In this document: positions 18,207-27,364 of the stretch, piece by piece
Numbering within the stretch: the stretch's first letter is position 1
Layout: each line of letters starts with the position of its first letter
Assembly (NCBI GenBank): GCA_009845425.1
Contig: VXZQ01000004.1
Location: 140,585 to 204,584, forward strand
From: Holophagales bacterium
GTDB lineage: Bacteria; Acidobacteriota; Thermoanaerobaculia; Multivoradales; Multivoraceae
Direction of reading: 5' to 3'
DNA length: 64,000 nt
Position numbers and translations under genes: made by a program
The notes under the pieces: generated by a model
What the model was told of the DNA's origin: nothing
The model's database searches: none
The model's input: only the letters and a program-made list of their open reading frames with translations

Positions 18207-19433
18207 CTACACGATCCGGACTTCCGGCACCGGCAGGATGAACCTGCCGCCCCGGCGGCGGAACTCGGCCTGCTGGGCCAGGATCTCGTCTTCGAAGTTC
18301 CAGGCCAGGAGCAGCACGTGGTCGGGTGACGGTTCCTCCAGGAGTCGCTCCGGCGCGACGATCGGGATATGGGAGCCCGGGGTGTAGCGGCCCTGCTTGA
18401 GCGGGCTGCGGTCGGCAATGAAGTCGAGCAGATCCGGGCCTACGCCGAAGAACTCGAGCAGCGTGCTGCCCTTGGCGGGAGCGCCGTAGCCGGCGAGACG
18501 GCGGCCCTCCGCCTTGAGGCCGTTCAGGCAGTCCATCACCTCCCTCTTCAACCGGCCGACCCGCCCGGCGAACGCGAGCCAGGTGTCGAACCGGTGGATG
18601 CCGAGCTGCTTCTCGGCGGCCAGGACATCGTCCACGCTTCGGTCCACCTCTCCCTCGCCCCGGCGCATCACGGTGGCGCGGAGCTGACCGTGGTGGATCG
18701 GCAGCCGTTCCACCCGCACGACCTCCATGCCGTGGTCCGCGAAGAGCCGCATCATCGGGCCCAGCGCCCAGTAGGAGACGTGCTCGTGGTACACGGTGTC
18801 GAACGCAAGCTGGTCGAGCAGGTCGACTAGGTAGTGCGCCTCGAGGACGAAGGCGCCGCCGGGCGCGAGGACCGCGTCGAGGCCCGCGACGAAGCCTGAG
18901 AGGTCGGGGATGTGCGGAAACGTGTTCGTCGCGGTGATGAGCGCCGCGGGGCCCCAGCGTTCAGCGATCTCGCCTGCGGTGTCCGCGCCGAAGAAGCCCC
19001 GGTAGCGCTCGATCCCGGTGTCGCGGCTGAACTCGGCCAGGTTCTCGGCCGGGTCGACGCCGAGGGTCCTGGCGCCCCGGTCGCGGAAGCAGCAGAGGAG
19101 CGAAGCGTCGTTGCAGCCGATGTCGATGACGAGGCCGCCGTCGGCGAGGCCATGCCGGGACGTGAGGGTGGCCGCCAGGTCGTCGAAGTGGGCCCGCAGC
19201 GTGTCCGAGGCCGACGACACGTAGAGGTAGTCCGTGAACATCGCCGCGGGCGGCACGCGCTCAACGAGCTGGACGTGGCCGCAGCCGTGGCAGAAGCCAA
19301 CGCGCAGCGGGAAGCGCGGTTCGGGCCGGCTCAGGTCTTCGGCGCTGGGGAACTTGTTGGCGAGTGCGGTGCTGCCGAGGTCGAGGAACGTCTCGACCTC
19401 GGGCTCGGAACAGACCAGGCAACTCGCGGTCAC
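18207..19433 (-). CDS. SAM-dependent NDP-sugar C-methyltransferase (TylCIII-like).
   Basis: N-terminal zinc-ribbon pattern CLVCSEPE...CHGCGHVQL, followed by a class I methyltransferase core (VIDIGCNDASLL) and a C-terminal domain typical of sugar C-methyltransferases. Confidence 0.75.
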   Translation of the reverse strand: MTASCLVCSEPEVETFLDLGSTALANKFPSAEDLSRPEPRFPLRVGFCHGCGHVQLVERVPPAAMFTDYLYVSSASDTLRAHFDDLAATLTSRHGLADGGLVIDIGCNDASLLCCFRDRGARTLGVDPAENLAEFSRDTGIERYRGFFGADTAGEIAERWGPAALITATNTFPHIPDLSGFVAGLDAVLAPGGAFVLEAHYLVDLLDQLAFDTVYHEHVSYWALGPMMRLFADHGMEVVRVERLPIHHGQLRATVMRRGEGEVDRSVDDVLAAEKQLGIHRFDTWLAFAGRVGRLKREVMDCLNGLKAEGRRLAGYGAPAKGSTLLEFFGVGPDLLDFIADRSPLKQGRYTPGSHIPIVAPERLLEEPSPDHVLLLAWNFEDEILAQQAEFRRRGGRFILPVPEVRIV

Positions 19434-19446
19434 CTAGCCCCTCGCG

Positions 19447-19490
19447 TGAATCCGGAGTGCCGGCCAGAAGGCCGGCGCACCGACAGTCGG
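19447..19490 (+). repeat. REP-like GC-rich hairpin repeat, copy 3, intergenic inside the minus-strand sugar operon.
   Basis: The sequence tgaatccggagtgccggccagaaggccggcgcaccgacagtcgg has the hairpin GCCGGCC-AGAA-GGCCGGC. It is near-identical to copy 1. Confidence 0.75.
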
Positions 19491-19506
19491 ACTTTCGGTC
19501 GCGACG

Positions 19507-20514
19507 TCAGCCATGGTGGAAAGGAGCGACGAGCTGCGAGCCGTGGGATTCATGGCCAACGGGCAACTCGTACAGGTCGGCCAGCGCCGCGCGGACCGCG
19601 GCCTGCCGATCGGGCGGCACCACGAACAGCAGGAACCCGCCGCCGCCGGCGCCGCAGAGCTTGCCTCCCAGGGCGCCGGCCGCGATGGCCGCGTCGTACC
19701 AACCGTCAATCAGCGGCGTCGTGATGGATCCAGCGAGCTCCCGCTTCATCCGCCAGCCCTCGTCGAGGAGCCGGCCGATGCCTTCGACGTCGACGTCACC
19801 GGCGCCGAGATCCCGGTGCAGGTCGCTCGCCTGGTCCCGCATCCTGCGCAGCGATTCCAGGTTCAGCTCGGTGCGGTCGTCCTGCTCCGAGAGCACCGCG
19901 CTCGCGTCCCGCTGGTGTCCGGTCCAGAACATGAGCACCGAACGAAACAGCTCGCGCAGCCGGTCGCCGGGGATCCGCAGGTGCTCGACGGTAACCCCGC
20001 CGTCCCTCTTGAACGACAGCAGGTTGAGTCCGCCGTAGGCCGCGGCGTACTGGTCCTGCTTGCCGATCCGCGCACCCAAGACGTCGATCTCGATGTGGCA
20101 CGCCTCCTCCGCCAACTGACCCGCCGACGCGCGCTCGCCCTTGTACGAGTGGAGCGCGTTCAGCAGGCCGACGGCGAAGGCGCTAGAGCCGCCGAGACCG
20201 GTGGACGCCGGTACGTCGCCGACCGTCGAGATATAGACCGGCGGGTCGACACCCACGAAGCGCAGGCACTCGCGCGCGATGTTGTTGTCCAGTTCGTCGA
20301 TCCGCTCGACCTGCTCGCTCCGCGAGTAGTTGACCCGGACCGGTTCGAAGAACAGCTCGCTGTGCCGTTTCACCGTGACGTAGACGTAGCGGTCGATCGT
20401 CGTCGAGAGCACCGCGCCGCCCTCCCGGCGGTAGAACGCCGGCAGGTCGGTGCCACCGCCCACCAGGGACACCCTGAGCGGCGTACGGGTCACGATCAGG
20501 CGCGATGCGTCCAC
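19507..20514 (-). CDS. hddA: GHMP-family sugar kinase, D-glycero-alpha-D-manno-heptose 7-phosphate kinase type.
   Basis: TRTPLRVSLVGGGTDLPAFY...VGDVPASTGLGGSSAFAVGLLNAL...GGKLCGAGGGGFLLF are GHMP motifs with the HddA-like N-terminus. Confidence 0.75.
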   Translation of the reverse strand: MDASRLIVTRTPLRVSLVGGGTDLPAFYRREGGAVLSTTIDRYVYVTVKRHSELFFEPVRVNYSRSEQVERIDELDNNIARECLRFVGVDPPVYISTVGDVPASTGLGGSSAFAVGLLNALHSYKGERASAGQLAEEACHIEIDVLGARIGKQDQYAAAYGGLNLLSFKRDGGVTVEHLRIPGDRLRELFRSVLMFWTGHQRDASAVLSEQDDRTELNLESLRRMRDQASDLHRDLGAGDVDVEGIGRLLDEGWRMKRELAGSITTPLIDGWYDAAIAAGALGGKLCGAGGGGFLLFVVPPDRQAAVRAALADLYELPVGHESHGSQLVAPFHHG

Positions 20515-20536
20515 GTCAGCGAGGGTTCCAGCCGCC

Positions 20537-20986
20537 TCAACCGTGCCGGAGGGCCCAGTCGTAGGGGATCCGGTCGGTGAACGGATCGAGCCGCTCCATC
20601 TCGTCGGGATCGTGCGGCTCGGTGGCGGCGTTCGCCATGATCACCTGCCTGTCGCCGTATGCCTTGTAGCCGTTGGCGATCCCGGGCGGAATCTGCACCA
20701 GGACGTAGTTGTCCTCGCCGAAGAAGACCTCCTGGAGCTCGCCACGGGTCGGCGAGTCCTCGCGCAGGTCGTACATCACGAGCTTGGCCCGGCCGCTGAT
20801 CACCGCGTTGTTGACGGTCATCGACCGGTGGATGTGCCAGGCCTTGATCGTCCCGGGCCAGGCGGTCGAGAAGTAGATCTCGCCGAAGCCGAGGAAATGC
20901 TCGTCCGTGGCCTTCAGCATGTGCATGATCTTGCCCCGCTCGTCGACGATCTGACGAAGCGGAACCACCTTGACGCCGTGGATCAT
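20537..20986 (-). CDS. RmlC-like cupin (NDP-4-keto-sugar 3,5-epimerase family).
   Basis: [10 protein letters not shown]...[20 protein letters not shown]...[14 protein letters not shown]...[11 protein letters not shown] resembles RmlC-type epimerase blocks. Confidence 0.7.
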   Translation of the reverse strand: MIHGVKVVPLRQIVDERGKIMHMLKATDEHFLGFGEIYFSTAWPGTIKAWHIHRSMTVNNAVISGRAKLVMYDLREDSPTRGELQEVFFGEDNYVLVQIPPGIANGYKAYGDRQVIMANAATEPHDPDEMERLDPFTDRIPYDWALRHG

Positions 20987-22065
20987 CCCTTCTCCTCCGG
21001 TTCTGTCCCTTCGCCGCTCGCGCAGGCCTTCCAGCGCAGCGATCCGTCCAGCCGTCCCGAGTCGAGCAGCCGGTTGAGCCAGCGCAGGCGAACGAAGCGC
21101 GGGTCGCCGTAGAGCGCCGCATCGAGACCGACGCGGCGATAGTCATCGATCAAGCGCCTCGCCCCGCTGGCCGCGTCCCGGAACTCGAAGTCCGGGAAGG
21201 CCCTGGCGAACTTCTCGAACGAGGCGCGGTAGGTCCGCTGATCGGCGCCGGGCTCGCCTCGCACCTCGATCTCGCAGCCGGGCACGAGATCGGCCGCGAT
21301 CTCCGCGAGTTCGATCACGCGGTGGTTCAGATGGTCGGCGCCGGTGTTGAAGGCCTCGTTGTGAACCAGCGAAAGCGGCGCTTCGAGCACTCGGCCGAAC
21401 GCCGCCGCCACGTCCTCGACGTGGACGACCGGCCGCCACGGCTTGCCGTCGCCGTAGACGACGACCCGCCGGTTGGCGAAGGCCGCGCCGGTCAGGTCGT
21501 TCAGCACCGTGTCGAAACGCATTCGCGGTGACAGGCCGTACACGGTGCCATTGCGAAGGAATGTCGGCGAGAATCCGTCACCTGCCAGCTCCAGGATCGC
21601 CTCCTCGCTCCGAACCTTGGAACGTGCGTACAGGGTCCGCGGGTCGAGCGGCGAGATTTCGTCCACCGTTTCCGTGCTGGACTGGCCGTACATGATGCAG
21701 GACGACGAGAACAGGAAGCGGCGCACCTCGGCCTCGCGCGCCAGTTCGGCCAGGCGTACGGACGAACGGTGGTTGATCTCCTCGGTCCAGTTCTCGTCCA
21801 GGTTGCCGATCGGGTCGTTCGAGAGCGCGGCGAGATGGATCACCGCGTAGAACGCGCGCAGGTCGCCCGGCTCCAGGTCCCGGATGTCCTTGCGGATCGA
21901 CGGAATCGGCACCGTGTCCGCCGTGATCGTGCAGTCGTCGAAGTAGCCCGTATCGAGCCCGACGACGTCGTAGCCGCGCTCCACCAGATACGGCGCCATG
22001 ACCGAGCCGAGATAGCCGCGATGCCCCGTGATTAGGACCGGGCGGCGCACGAAGGCGGTGCTCAT
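20983..22065 (-). CDS. NAD-dependent epimerase/dehydratase (extended SDR).
   Basis: Rossmann motif [29 protein letters not shown] and the catalytic YARSK (YxxxK). Confidence 0.85.
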   Translation of the reverse strand: MSTAFVRRPVLITGHRGYLGSVMAPYLVERGYDVVGLDTGYFDDCTITADTVPIPSIRKDIRDLEPGDLRAFYAVIHLAALSNDPIGNLDENWTEEINHRSSVRLAELAREAEVRRFLFSSSCIMYGQSSTETVDEISPLDPRTLYARSKVRSEEAILELAGDGFSPTFLRNGTVYGLSPRMRFDTVLNDLTGAAFANRRVVVYGDGKPWRPVVHVEDVAAAFGRVLEAPLSLVHNEAFNTGADHLNHRVIELAEIAADLVPGCEIEVRGEPGADQRTYRASFEKFARAFPDFEFRDAASGARRLIDDYRRVGLDAALYGDPRFVRLRWLNRLLDSGRLDGSLRWKACASGEGTEPEEKG

Positions 22066-23273
22066 CCCACCGCCGCCGTTCGGAGAGCCAGCAGCCGCTC
22101 GGCGTGCGCGAGCAGCGGTTCGCTCTCGGTGACCAGGCCGAACGGGCAGCCCGCCGCGTCCGCCGCCTGCCCGTCGCGCTCGTCGTCTCCCAGGAACGTC
22201 GTCCGGGTCAGATCAAGGTGATGATCACGCTGCGCCTGAAAGAGCATCCCGGGGGCCGGCTTTCGGCAGCCGCAGCCCTCGTCCCAGCCATGGGGGCAGA
22301 AGTAGATGCGGTCGATCCGTCCGCCCGCGTCCTCCGCCTCGCCGCACAGACGTCGATGCACCGCCGCCAGGTCGTCCAGCGTCATCCGGCCGCGGGCGAC
22401 TCCGGGCTGGTTCGACACGACGAGCACCCGCCAACCGGCCCGGTTGAAGGCGGCGAGCGCCTCGCGGGCACCCGGTAGCCAGCGCAACTCCTCAGGCGAG
22501 CAGACGTACTCCGCGCGCGGCGGGCGCACGTTGAGGACGCCGTCGCGGTCTAGGATGATCGTCGGCGAACGGGCAAAGAACGCCTCGGTCAGCGGCAGCC
22601 GTTCGTGGCCGCCGACGCTGTAGTAGCGGTGCTCGCTCCAGTAGGCGTGGAGTTCGCCCCGGGCAGTCAGTGCCGGATAGACCGCCTCCTCGAACAGCTC
22701 CTGGTGATCCGGCAGGAGCGGCAGCACCGCCGACTTCTCGAGGATCGCGTAGCTGATCTCGACCCCGCTCAGCCCGGGCGTCGTTCGACCGCGGTCGAAG
22801 ACGGTGACGAAGCCGTCCTCGCCCACGATCACGCTGTCCCGGGTGTAGCCGTCGCGGTTCGCGTAGACGGTGATCTGGGCCGACGCTCCGGAGTCGACGT
22901 AGGAGCGCCACATCCTGTCGAACTGCATCGGCCAGTAGTTGTCGCAGTAGAGGAGCAGGAACCGGTCGTCCAGTTCGCCGGCCGCGTCCTTGACCCGGTG
23001 CGCCGTCAGGTCATCCGGGGCCGTCACCCGGTGGCTGATCTCGACGCCGTACGCCAAGCCGTCGCCGAAGTGCTCGATCATCGCCTCCGCCCGATAGCCG
23101 AGCAGGAGCAGGACACGCTCGAAGCCCTCCTCGCGCAGCATGTCGATCACGTGGCCCAGGAACGGCTTGCCGTGGAACGGAATCAGCGCCTTGGGCAGAG
23201 TGTCCGTCAACGGCGCCAGGCGGGTGCCCCGGCCGCCGGCCAGGATCACGGCCTGCGTGGGTCGGGAGTGCAT
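22062..23273 (-). CDS. Bifunctional sugar-1-phosphate nucleotidyltransferase (HddC-like) fused to D,D-heptose 1,7-bisphosphate phosphatase (GmhB-like HAD).
   Basis: The N-terminal half has [32 protein letters not shown]. The C-terminal half has [10 protein letters not shown]...[11 protein letters not shown]...[20 protein letters not shown]...FLGDDERD, which shows HAD motifs plus the GmhB Zn-Cys pattern. The likely ATG is at 23273; the ORF track gives 23342. Confidence 0.8.
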   Translation of the reverse strand: MHSRPTQAVILAGGRGTRLAPLTDTLPKALIPFHGKPFLGHVIDMLREEGFERVLLLLGYRAEAMIEHFGDGLAYGVEISHRVTAPDDLTAHRVKDAAGELDDRFLLLYCDNYWPMQFDRMWRSYVDSGASAQITVYANRDGYTRDSVIVGEDGFVTVFDRGRTTPGLSGVEISYAILEKSAVLPLLPDHQELFEEAVYPALTARGELHAYWSEHRYYSVGGHERLPLTEAFFARSPTIILDRDGVLNVRPPRAEYVCSPEELRWLPGAREALAAFNRAGWRVLVVSNQPGVARGRMTLDDLAAVHRRLCGEAEDAGGRIDRIYFCPHGWDEGCGCRKPAPGMLFQAQRDHHLDLTRTTFLGDDERDGQAADAAGCPFGLVTESEPLLAHAERLLALRTAAVG

Positions 23274-23370
23274 CGCGTTGGACCTCAAGGCGCCTGGAGC
23301 GCGGCGCGAGCCGCGCGCTGGCGAGACTACCAACGAGGGCATCCACGGGGCCCTAACATCTCGCTCCGCT

Positions 23371-25857
23371 TCAGTTGCGAACGCGTTGACCCGAGGGGTC
23401 GTACATGGGTCGGATGGAGGCTTCGGCCGGGACGCGAACGCCCGCGACTTCGATCTCGAGGCGACTGGGCAGTTCGGGGAAGTCCGGCAACAGCGACATG
23501 GGGACGTAGCCGAGGCCGACGGCAGCTCCGAGGCTGTGGCCGTAGCTCCCGGAGGTGACGTAGCCCGCGATCTCGTCCCCCAGCCAGATCGGTTCGTAGT
23601 GGTAGAGCAACGGCTCCGGATCCCGGAGCCTGAACTGGATCAGCCGCTTCGCGACGCCGCTCTCCTTCTGCCTGAGCAGCGCCTCGCGCCCGATGAAGCC
23701 GCCGGGCTTGTCGAACCTGACGGCGAACCCGAGGCCCGCTTCGAGTGGCGAGTCCTGATCGGTGATGTCGTGGCCCCAGTGACGGTAGGCCTTCTCGATG
23801 CGCAGCGAGTCCAGGGCGTGGTAGCCGGCATGCATGAGGTCGAACCCCTCGCCGGCGGCCACGATCTCGTCGTAGACGCCGGCCACAAACTCCGTGGGAA
23901 CGTAGAGCTCCCAGCCGAGTTCGCCGACGTAGGTGATGCGCGATGCCCGCACCAGGCCGTAGCCCAGTTCGATCTCGCGGCTGGTCGCGAACGGGAACGC
24001 CTCGCTGGCCAGGTTCGCCGGCGTAAGGGACTGCAGCAGCGCGCGGGAAGCCGGACCCATCAGGGAGATCACGCCCATCGCCGAGGTCACGTTCGTCAGC
24101 ACGCAGTGCGCGTCGCCCGGAATGTGACCCTTGAGCCAGTGAAAGTCGCGCACCTCGGAGGTGACGGCGGTGACGATCAGGAAGCTGTCTTCCGCAAGGC
24201 GCGTCACCGTGAGATCCGCCTCGATGCCGCCCCGCTCGTTGAGCCACTGCGTGTAGACGATGCGGCCGGGCGGCACGTCGACATCGTTGGCACAAACGCG
24301 GTTGAGCACCCTGGCCGCATCCCGGCCTTCCAGGCGGAACTTCGCAAACGACGACTGGTCGAACAGTCCCACGTTCTCGCGCACGGCCCGATGTTCGGCG
24401 GCCGAGTACTCGAACCAGTTCTGGCGGCCGTAGCTGTACTCGTAGCGGGCCGGCACGCCGTCCGGCGCGTACCAGTTCGGGCGCTCCCAGCCGGCGAGTT
24501 CCCCGTGGCACGCGCCGGCGGCCTCCAGGCGGTCGTAGAGCGGTGACCGGCGCACGCCCCTCGCCGTCTCGAACTGGCGATACGGGTAGTGCATGGCGTA
24601 GAGGAGGCCCAGACTCTCGGAGACCCGCTCGCGCAGGTACCTCCGGTTGCCCTGGAAGGGCATGCTGCGGCGCACGTCGACTTCCCAGAGATCGACCGGC
24701 GGATGCCCGTCGAGAATCCACTCGGAAACGACCTTGCCGATCCCGCCCGCGGACTGGATTCCGATCGAGTTCAGGCCAGCCGCGACGAAGCAGTTCTCGC
24801 ACCCGGGCGCCGGGCCGACGTGGTAGCGGACGTCCGGCGTGAAGCTCTCCGGGCCGCAGAAGAGCTGCAGGACCTCGGCCGACTGGAGTGCCGGCATCCG
24901 CTCCCTGGCGCCGCGCAGCAACGGCTCGAAGTGCTCGCGGTTGGCGGCGATCTCGTCGAAGCAGAAGTCCTCGGGAATGCCGTCCATGCCCCAGGGCCGC
25001 GCGTTCGGCTCGAAGACGCCGACGATCAGCTTTCCCAAGTCGTACCTGAAGTACGAGATGGCGTCGTAGTCCCGCACGACGGGCAGGTTCGCATCGAGTC
25101 CCTCGACGTCGTCGAACCGGACGTAGTAGTGCTCGCACGCATGGAGCGGAACGTTGACGCCGATGGAGGCGGCCAGCTCCCGGGTCCACATGCCGGCGCA
25201 GAGGACGACGCAGTCGGCATCGATGTCACCCTGCTCCGTCGCGACGCCCATGACGCGTCCCCCGGCGGTGCGAACGGAGGTCACCGGCACCTGCTCGACG
25301 ATCCGGGCGCCGGCGGAGCGGGCGGCCGCGGCCAGCGCCAGGGTGATGTCGGTCGGGTTCGCGTAGCCGTCGCCGGGGATGTGCAGTCCGCCGAGCAGGT
25401 CGGACGTCTCGAGCAGCGGTACGCGTTCCCCGATCGTCTTCGCCGTCACCACATTGACCGGCAGCCCGAGCACCTTCGCCAGTGAAGCCGCACGCCTGAG
25501 TTCCTCGAACCGCTCGGGGTCGGCGGTGACCGAGAAGGAGCCGCAGCGGCGATAGCCGGTCGACTGTCCCGTCTCCTGCTCGAGGCGAGCGTAGAGCTCG
25601 CTCGTGTAGCGAGCGAGGTTCGTCATCGTGACCGACTGCCGCAGTTGACCGAGCAGGCCGGCGGCATGCCACGTGGTGCCGGAAGTGATCTGCCGGCGCT
25701 CGAGCAGCAGCACATCGGAGCACCCCGAGCGTGCGAGGTGGTAGGCGACTGAGCAACCGATCACGCCACCGCCGATGACGATCACGCCTGCGCGGCGCGG
25801 CAACTCCGCCGCGCCCTGGCGCCCTGGTTCTCGCTCTCGTCCGGATTCCGGGCGCAT
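23371..25857 (-). CDS. Dimethylglycine/sarcosine dehydrogenase-family flavoprotein (FAD oxidoreductase plus a GcvT-like folate-binding domain).
   Basis: The dinucleotide fold reads VIVIGGGVIGCSVAYHLARSG. The C-terminal aminomethyltransferase-like region reads GYHALDSLRIEKAYRHWGHD...GYVTSGSYGHSLG. The ATG at 25857 is chosen over the longer track ORF, which runs to 26076. Confidence 0.8.
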   Translation of the reverse strand: MRPESGREREPGRQGAAELPRRAGVIVIGGGVIGCSVAYHLARSGCSDVLLLERRQITSGTTWHAAGLLGQLRQSVTMTNLARYTSELYARLEQETGQSTGYRRCGSFSVTADPERFEELRRAASLAKVLGLPVNVVTAKTIGERVPLLETSDLLGGLHIPGDGYANPTDITLALAAAARSAGARIVEQVPVTSVRTAGGRVMGVATEQGDIDADCVVLCAGMWTRELAASIGVNVPLHACEHYYVRFDDVEGLDANLPVVRDYDAISYFRYDLGKLIVGVFEPNARPWGMDGIPEDFCFDEIAANREHFEPLLRGARERMPALQSAEVLQLFCGPESFTPDVRYHVGPAPGCENCFVAAGLNSIGIQSAGGIGKVVSEWILDGHPPVDLWEVDVRRSMPFQGNRRYLRERVSESLGLLYAMHYPYRQFETARGVRRSPLYDRLEAAGACHGELAGWERPNWYAPDGVPARYEYSYGRQNWFEYSAAEHRAVRENVGLFDQSSFAKFRLEGRDAARVLNRVCANDVDVPPGRIVYTQWLNERGGIEADLTVTRLAEDSFLIVTAVTSEVRDFHWLKGHIPGDAHCVLTNVTSAMGVISLMGPASRALLQSLTPANLASEAFPFATSREIELGYGLVRASRITYVGELGWELYVPTEFVAGVYDEIVAAGEGFDLMHAGYHALDSLRIEKAYRHWGHDITDQDSPLEAGLGFAVRFDKPGGFIGREALLRQKESGVAKRLIQFRLRDPEPLLYHYEPIWLGDEIAGYVTSGSYGHSLGAAVGLGYVPMSLLPDFPELPSRLEIEVAGVRVPAEASIRPMYDPSGQRVRN

Positions 25858-25894
25858 CTTCGTTCGAGGTTTCTTCGAGATTCGTTCCGGATGC

Positions 25895-27334
25895 TCAGCC
25901 GAGCAGGCTCTTCGCCCGCTGCGCCGCCCTGATTCCGCCGCCGATCGCGCCGTCGATGAATCCGCGCCAGCCTTCCCCGTGGTCGCCCGAGCCGAACAGG
26001 ATGCGGCCACGATCCCGCTGGAACTCGTCGTAGTGGCGAGTGACCCAGCCGGGCCGGTAGACGGCCCAGGTGCCACGCGAGTACGGGTCGCCGTTCCAGT
26101 CGTGGCTCATGCTGCCGATCAGCTCCGCGCGCGGGACGTGAGCCCGCAGCGCCCGCTGCACCGCGTCGCCGTCGTTCACGTCGAGGTCGGCGGGGTCCTT
26201 GCCGAACGCCACCAGCAGCGTGTAGTTCGCGGCCTGCTTGTAGGTCATCACGCAGTCGATCGGCTCGCCGATCGCGTAGGTGGCGACATTGCCGACATCG
26301 CCTTCGACCTTGAGCAGGAGCTTGAAGCCGGCGCCGGCGTGGCGCTGCCGGCCCGCCTCGACCACCCCGGCGGCGAGCGGGGGGTCGAAGGCGACGTCCG
26401 CGATCGTGTTCATCGGCAGGCAGCAGATGACGGCCCGGCACTGGATCTCCTCGCCCGCGCCGGTGACCACGACGGCCCCGTCGCCGCGGTCGCGGATGGA
26501 CTCGACGGGCGTCTCGAGTCTCGCCTCGAGTCCCGCGTCGTCAACCATCGCCTGGAGCAGGGCCCGCGTGCCGCGCTTGAGCTTGAAGCGCGCGACGGAG
26601 TCCTCCACCGTCGGCAGGAAGCCGCCCCCGGCTAGGTGCCAGCGCATCAGCTCCAGGTAGGACATCGTCTCCGGCTGGCCGTTCGCCATGATCGCGATGA
26701 CGGCTCGCAGGTAGCTCCGCTGGAGGGACGAGAGCTCGAGCCGCTCGATGTGGTCCGTCGCGCTGATCCGGTCCGCGGCGAGCGCGGCGTCGCGGTTGTG
26801 GAGGATGTCCCACGCCCGCGGAACGATCCGTCGCGCCTCCGCGTGGTAGAGCCGCCAGGCCTCGTACGTCTCGGCGTACCGGGCCTCCGTCAGCCGGATG
26901 CGCTCGCCGTCCGCGATCAGGTAGCCGGTATCCGCCACCGCCCCGGGGGTCTGCTCGATCTCCAGGCCGTAGCGTTCATTCTCGGCCCAGACGAAGGGCT
27001 GGGTGTGGTGGATCCAGGTGCCCCCGAGTTCGACCTGGTCGCCGTCGAAGTCGGCGGTCCAGGTGCGGCCGCCGAGCCGGTCGCGCGCTTCGAGCAGCAG
27101 CGTCGAGTAGCCGTTCTTCATCGAATCGCGCGCGGCGGCGACACCGGCGAAGCCACCGCCGACCACCACGACATCGACGTCGTGCCCGCGAACGGCGGAC
27201 CGGCGGCGCGTGGAAGCGGCGGCGGCAGCGCTTGCCAGGACTGCCTTCCCCGCGAACAGCGATGACACCCCGACGACGAACTGCCGGCGACTGGCGGTTG
27301 CGCTTGCCAAGTTCGGCGCCACGGTTGGAGTCAT
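25895..27334 (-). CDS. Flavin-containing amine oxidase, Tat-exported.
   Basis: The ATG at 27332-27334 gives MTPTVAPNLASATASRRQFVVG (a Tat motif), then DVVVVGGGFAGVAAARD...LLLEARDRLGGRTW, an amine-oxidase FAD fold. The rest of the 935-aa track ORF is antisense to the neighbouring gene. Confidence 0.8.
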   Translation of the reverse strand: MTPTVAPNLASATASRRQFVVGVSSLFAGKAVLASAAAAASTRRRSAVRGHDVDVVVVGGGFAGVAAARDSMKNGYSTLLLEARDRLGGRTWTADFDGDQVELGGTWIHHTQPFVWAENERYGLEIEQTPGAVADTGYLIADGERIRLTEARYAETYEAWRLYHAEARRIVPRAWDILHNRDAALAADRISATDHIERLELSSLQRSYLRAVIAIMANGQPETMSYLELMRWHLAGGGFLPTVEDSVARFKLKRGTRALLQAMVDDAGLEARLETPVESIRDRGDGAVVVTGAGEEIQCRAVICCLPMNTIADVAFDPPLAAGVVEAGRQRHAGAGFKLLLKVEGDVGNVATYAIGEPIDCVMTYKQAANYTLLVAFGKDPADLDVNDGDAVQRALRAHVPRAELIGSMSHDWNGDPYSRGTWAVYRPGWVTRHYDEFQRDRGRILFGSGDHGEGWRGFIDGAIGGGIRAAQRAKSLLG

Positions 27335-27364
27335 GGTCGCGCAGAAGACTCTAGCGGAACCCGA

